Positions 31,514-33,412 of a stretch of 33,412 nt of DNA are shown here, one piece after another. Positions within the stretch are counted from its first letter, which is position 1. Each line of letters begins with the position of its first letter. A model generated the notes under the pieces. It was not told the DNA's origin. It worked only from the letters and a program-made list of their open reading frames with translations, and made no database searches. The position numbers and the translations under genes are program-made. Origin of the DNA: Gemmatimonadales bacterium (lineage in GTDB: Bacteria; Gemmatimonadota; Gemmatimonadetes; Gemmatimonadales; GWC2-71-9); NCBI GenBank assembly GCA_036566145.1, contig DATCWW010000204.1, forward strand, positions 1 through 33,412. Direction: 5' to 3'.

Positions 31514-33412
31514 CTAGCCTCCGTGTCCGACGGCGTGGCCGGCGGCGGTCGTGACCTGCTCCGAGGCCCGCACCGGGTCCACCCGGACGGCGCAAGCCTT
31601 GAACTCCGCCGTGCCGGACTTGGGATCGGTCTCGTCGATGGTGAGCAGGTTGACCCGCACCTCGTCCTGGAAGTGGAAGGTCATGAAGACGAGGCCGGAC
31701 CGGAGCGACCGATCGAGGCGAGCCGGCGCCACCACGCTGCCGCGCCGGGAGGTGACGCGTACCGGATCGCCGTCGAGGATGCCCAGCCGCTCGGCGTCCT
31801 CCGGCGAGATGTCCAGCGTTTCCCCGCGCCTGAGGGGTGAGGTAAAGCCGCCGGTCTGCACCCCGGTGTTGTACGAGTCCAGCCGCCGGCCGGTCGTGAG
31901 CAGGAAGGGGTACTCCGCGTCCGGCCGCTCGAGCGGTGGATCGTGCTCGACGACCGAGAACGGCGCCAAGGGTCCGACGATGGGGTCGTTCCACAGCCGG
32001 CTGTGGAGGAAGAGCTCTCCCGGGTGGCTCTCGTTGAAGCAGGGCCAGTGCAGCCCGCCCTCGCGCTCGAGCCGCTGGTAGCTCATCCCGGCGAAGATCG
32101 GCGCCATCCGTCGGACCTCGTTCCACACGTCCTCGGCGCTCGGATGCCCCCAGTCATGCCCCATCCGCCGGGCCAGCTCGGAGATGATCCAGAGGTCGTC
32201 CCGGGCGTTGCCCGGCGGCTCCAACGCCTTGCGCACTCTCTGCACCCGCCGCTCGCTGTTGGTGACCGTCCCCTCCGCTTCGCACCAGCTGGAGGAGGCG
32301 GGAAGCACCACGTGAGCCAGGCGTGCCGTCGCGGTGAGGAAGATGTCCTGGACCACCAGGTGATCGAGGCCCGTCAGCAGGCGCTCTGCCCGGTGCTGAT
32401 CGGCCTCCGCCTGGGCGGGGTTCTCGCCGATGGCGTAGATGGCGCGAAGCTCTCCCCGCTCGGCCGCCTCGAACATCTGCGTCATGTGCCAGCCATACTC
32501 CGGCTTCAGCTTCACCCCCCACGCCTGCTCGAACCGGGCCCGGACCTCCGTATCCTTCGTCCAATCCTGGAAGCCCACGAGGCGATTCGGGATGGCCCCC
32601 ATGTCCCCGCCGCCCTGCACGTTGTTCTGACCCCGAAGCGGATTCACCCCCGACCCGTACTTGCCCACATGTCCGGTGAGGAGCGCCAGGTTGATGAGCG
32701 CAAGAACGTTGTCGACCCCGTTGTGGTGCTCGGTGATGCCGAGGGTCCAGCAGATCACGGCGCGATCGGCACGGGCGTAAGCATGTGCCGTGGCGCGAAT
32801 GACGTCGGCCGGGACGCCGGTCTCCCGCTGTCCGACCTCGAGTGTGTAGGGCTCGACCGCGGCGGCGTATGCCTCGAAGCCGCTGGTCGCCCGCTGAATG
32901 AACGTCTGATTCGCGAGGCCCGCGTGGATGATCTCCCGCGCCATCGCATTGGCCAGCGCGATGTCGCTACCCACGTTGAGGCCGAGCCACTGGTCGGCCC
33001 ACTGCGCCGAGGAGGTTCGCCGGGGATCCATGGCGAACATCCGGGCACCCCGGTGGATCGCCTTGAGGACGTGGTGGAAGAAGATCGGGTGATTTTCCCG
33101 GGCGTTCGCCCCCCACAGGAAGATGACGTCCGTCTCTTCCACCTCTCGGTAGGAGCTCGTGCCCCCACCGGCACCGAACACCGTCGCCAGACCGACGACG
33201 CTAGGAGCGTGTCACGTTCGGTTGCAGCTGTCGACGTTGTGGGTACCGAAGCCGACCCGCACCAGCTTCTGCGCGAGGTAGTTCATCTCGTTGCTGGCCT
33301 TCGAGCAGCTGAAGGTGCCGATGGCATCGCCACCGTACCGGGCCTTGGTGCGCTGGAATCCCTCCGCGGCGCGATCCAGGGCCTCCTCCCACGAGGCCTG
33401 GCGCAGCTCGCC
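31514..33412 (-). CDS. fdhA: formate dehydrogenase catalytic subunit, molybdopterin (bis-MGD) family, selenocysteine-containing; 5-prime end beyond the window
   Basis: Track ORF 31514..33181 continues in frame upstream through the TGA at 33212-33214: ...GTHNVDSCNRT-U-HAPSVVGLATVFGAGGGTSSY. This matches the FDH active-site context (E. coli FdhF: NNVDCCARV-U-HGPSVAGL). A SECIS hairpin follows. The rest carries typical MopB and C-terminal barrel motifs. Confidence 0.85.
33182..33214 (-). promoter_or_regulatory. UGA (Sec) codon plus bacterial SECIS hairpin
   Basis: The minus strand reads UGA CACGCUCCUAG CGUCGUC-GGUCU-GGCGACG. The spacer is 11 nt, the stem 7 bp and the apical loop GGUCU. The spacing and the loop core match the E. 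coli fdhF SECIS (UGA CACGGCCCAUC GGUUGC-AGGUCU-GCACC). Confidence 0.75.

Noticed and set aside
33212-33214. Treating the TGA as a genuine stop, giving two genes or a pseudogene.
   Set aside because: The frame continues on both sides with the conserved FDH active-site context. A SECIS hairpin with the canonical 11-nt spacing and GGUCU loop follows.
1-33412. A search for CRISPR arrays, mobile elements, defence or toxin systems and RNA genes.
   Set aside because: I recognised no repeat-spacer arrays, no transposase, integrase or phage-like ORFs, no toxin-antitoxin-sized pairs, and no rRNA or tRNA-like segments by eye.

Overview
This is a very GC-rich bacterial chromosomal window, by eye at least two-thirds G+C. 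I saw no rRNA, tRNA, CRISPR array, transposase, integrase or phage genes. I call about 27 protein-coding genes. Most long ORFs in the six-frame track are antisense or out-of-frame shadows of the kind expected in high-GC DNA. Positions 1-23.5 kb form an envelope-gene neighbourhood. It holds seven outer-membrane beta-barrel proteins, two paralogous DUF4136-like lipoproteins, an MscS-family channel, a TamB/Omp85 (TAM-like) pair, a POTRA-less Omp85 / DUF3943 / small-barrel operon, an LTXXQ (CpxP/Spy-like) periplasmic protein, a glycine-zipper protein, a secreted coiled-coil protein, a DUF937 protein, a HAD hydrolase and a membrane-anchored protein whose His/Met spacing resembles PHM/DBH copper monooxygenases. 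Signalling genes are two tandem response regulators (one FixJ/NarL type, one receiver-only) and a distant MASE1-3xPAS histidine kinase. Positions 26.3-33.4 kb carry fdhD, a GH47 alpha-mannosidase-like gene and an NAD-linked formate dehydrogenase operon. That operon has a selenocysteine-containing catalytic subunit (in-frame UGA plus SECIS hairpin), a NuoE-NuoF fusion and a truncated NuoG/FdsA-like Fe-S subunit. The most unusual signal is a roughly 19-bp near-palindromic box, consensus about CTGCACC-AA-GGTCCAATGG with core ACCAAGGTC. It recurs in nearly every intergenic region upstream of the envelope genes and usually points toward the downstream gene. I read it as a candidate operator or promoter element of an undescribed envelope regulon. 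The locally encoded NarL/FixJ-type regulator is one possible binder. All functional calls rest on motif recognition by eye. No database search was possible.
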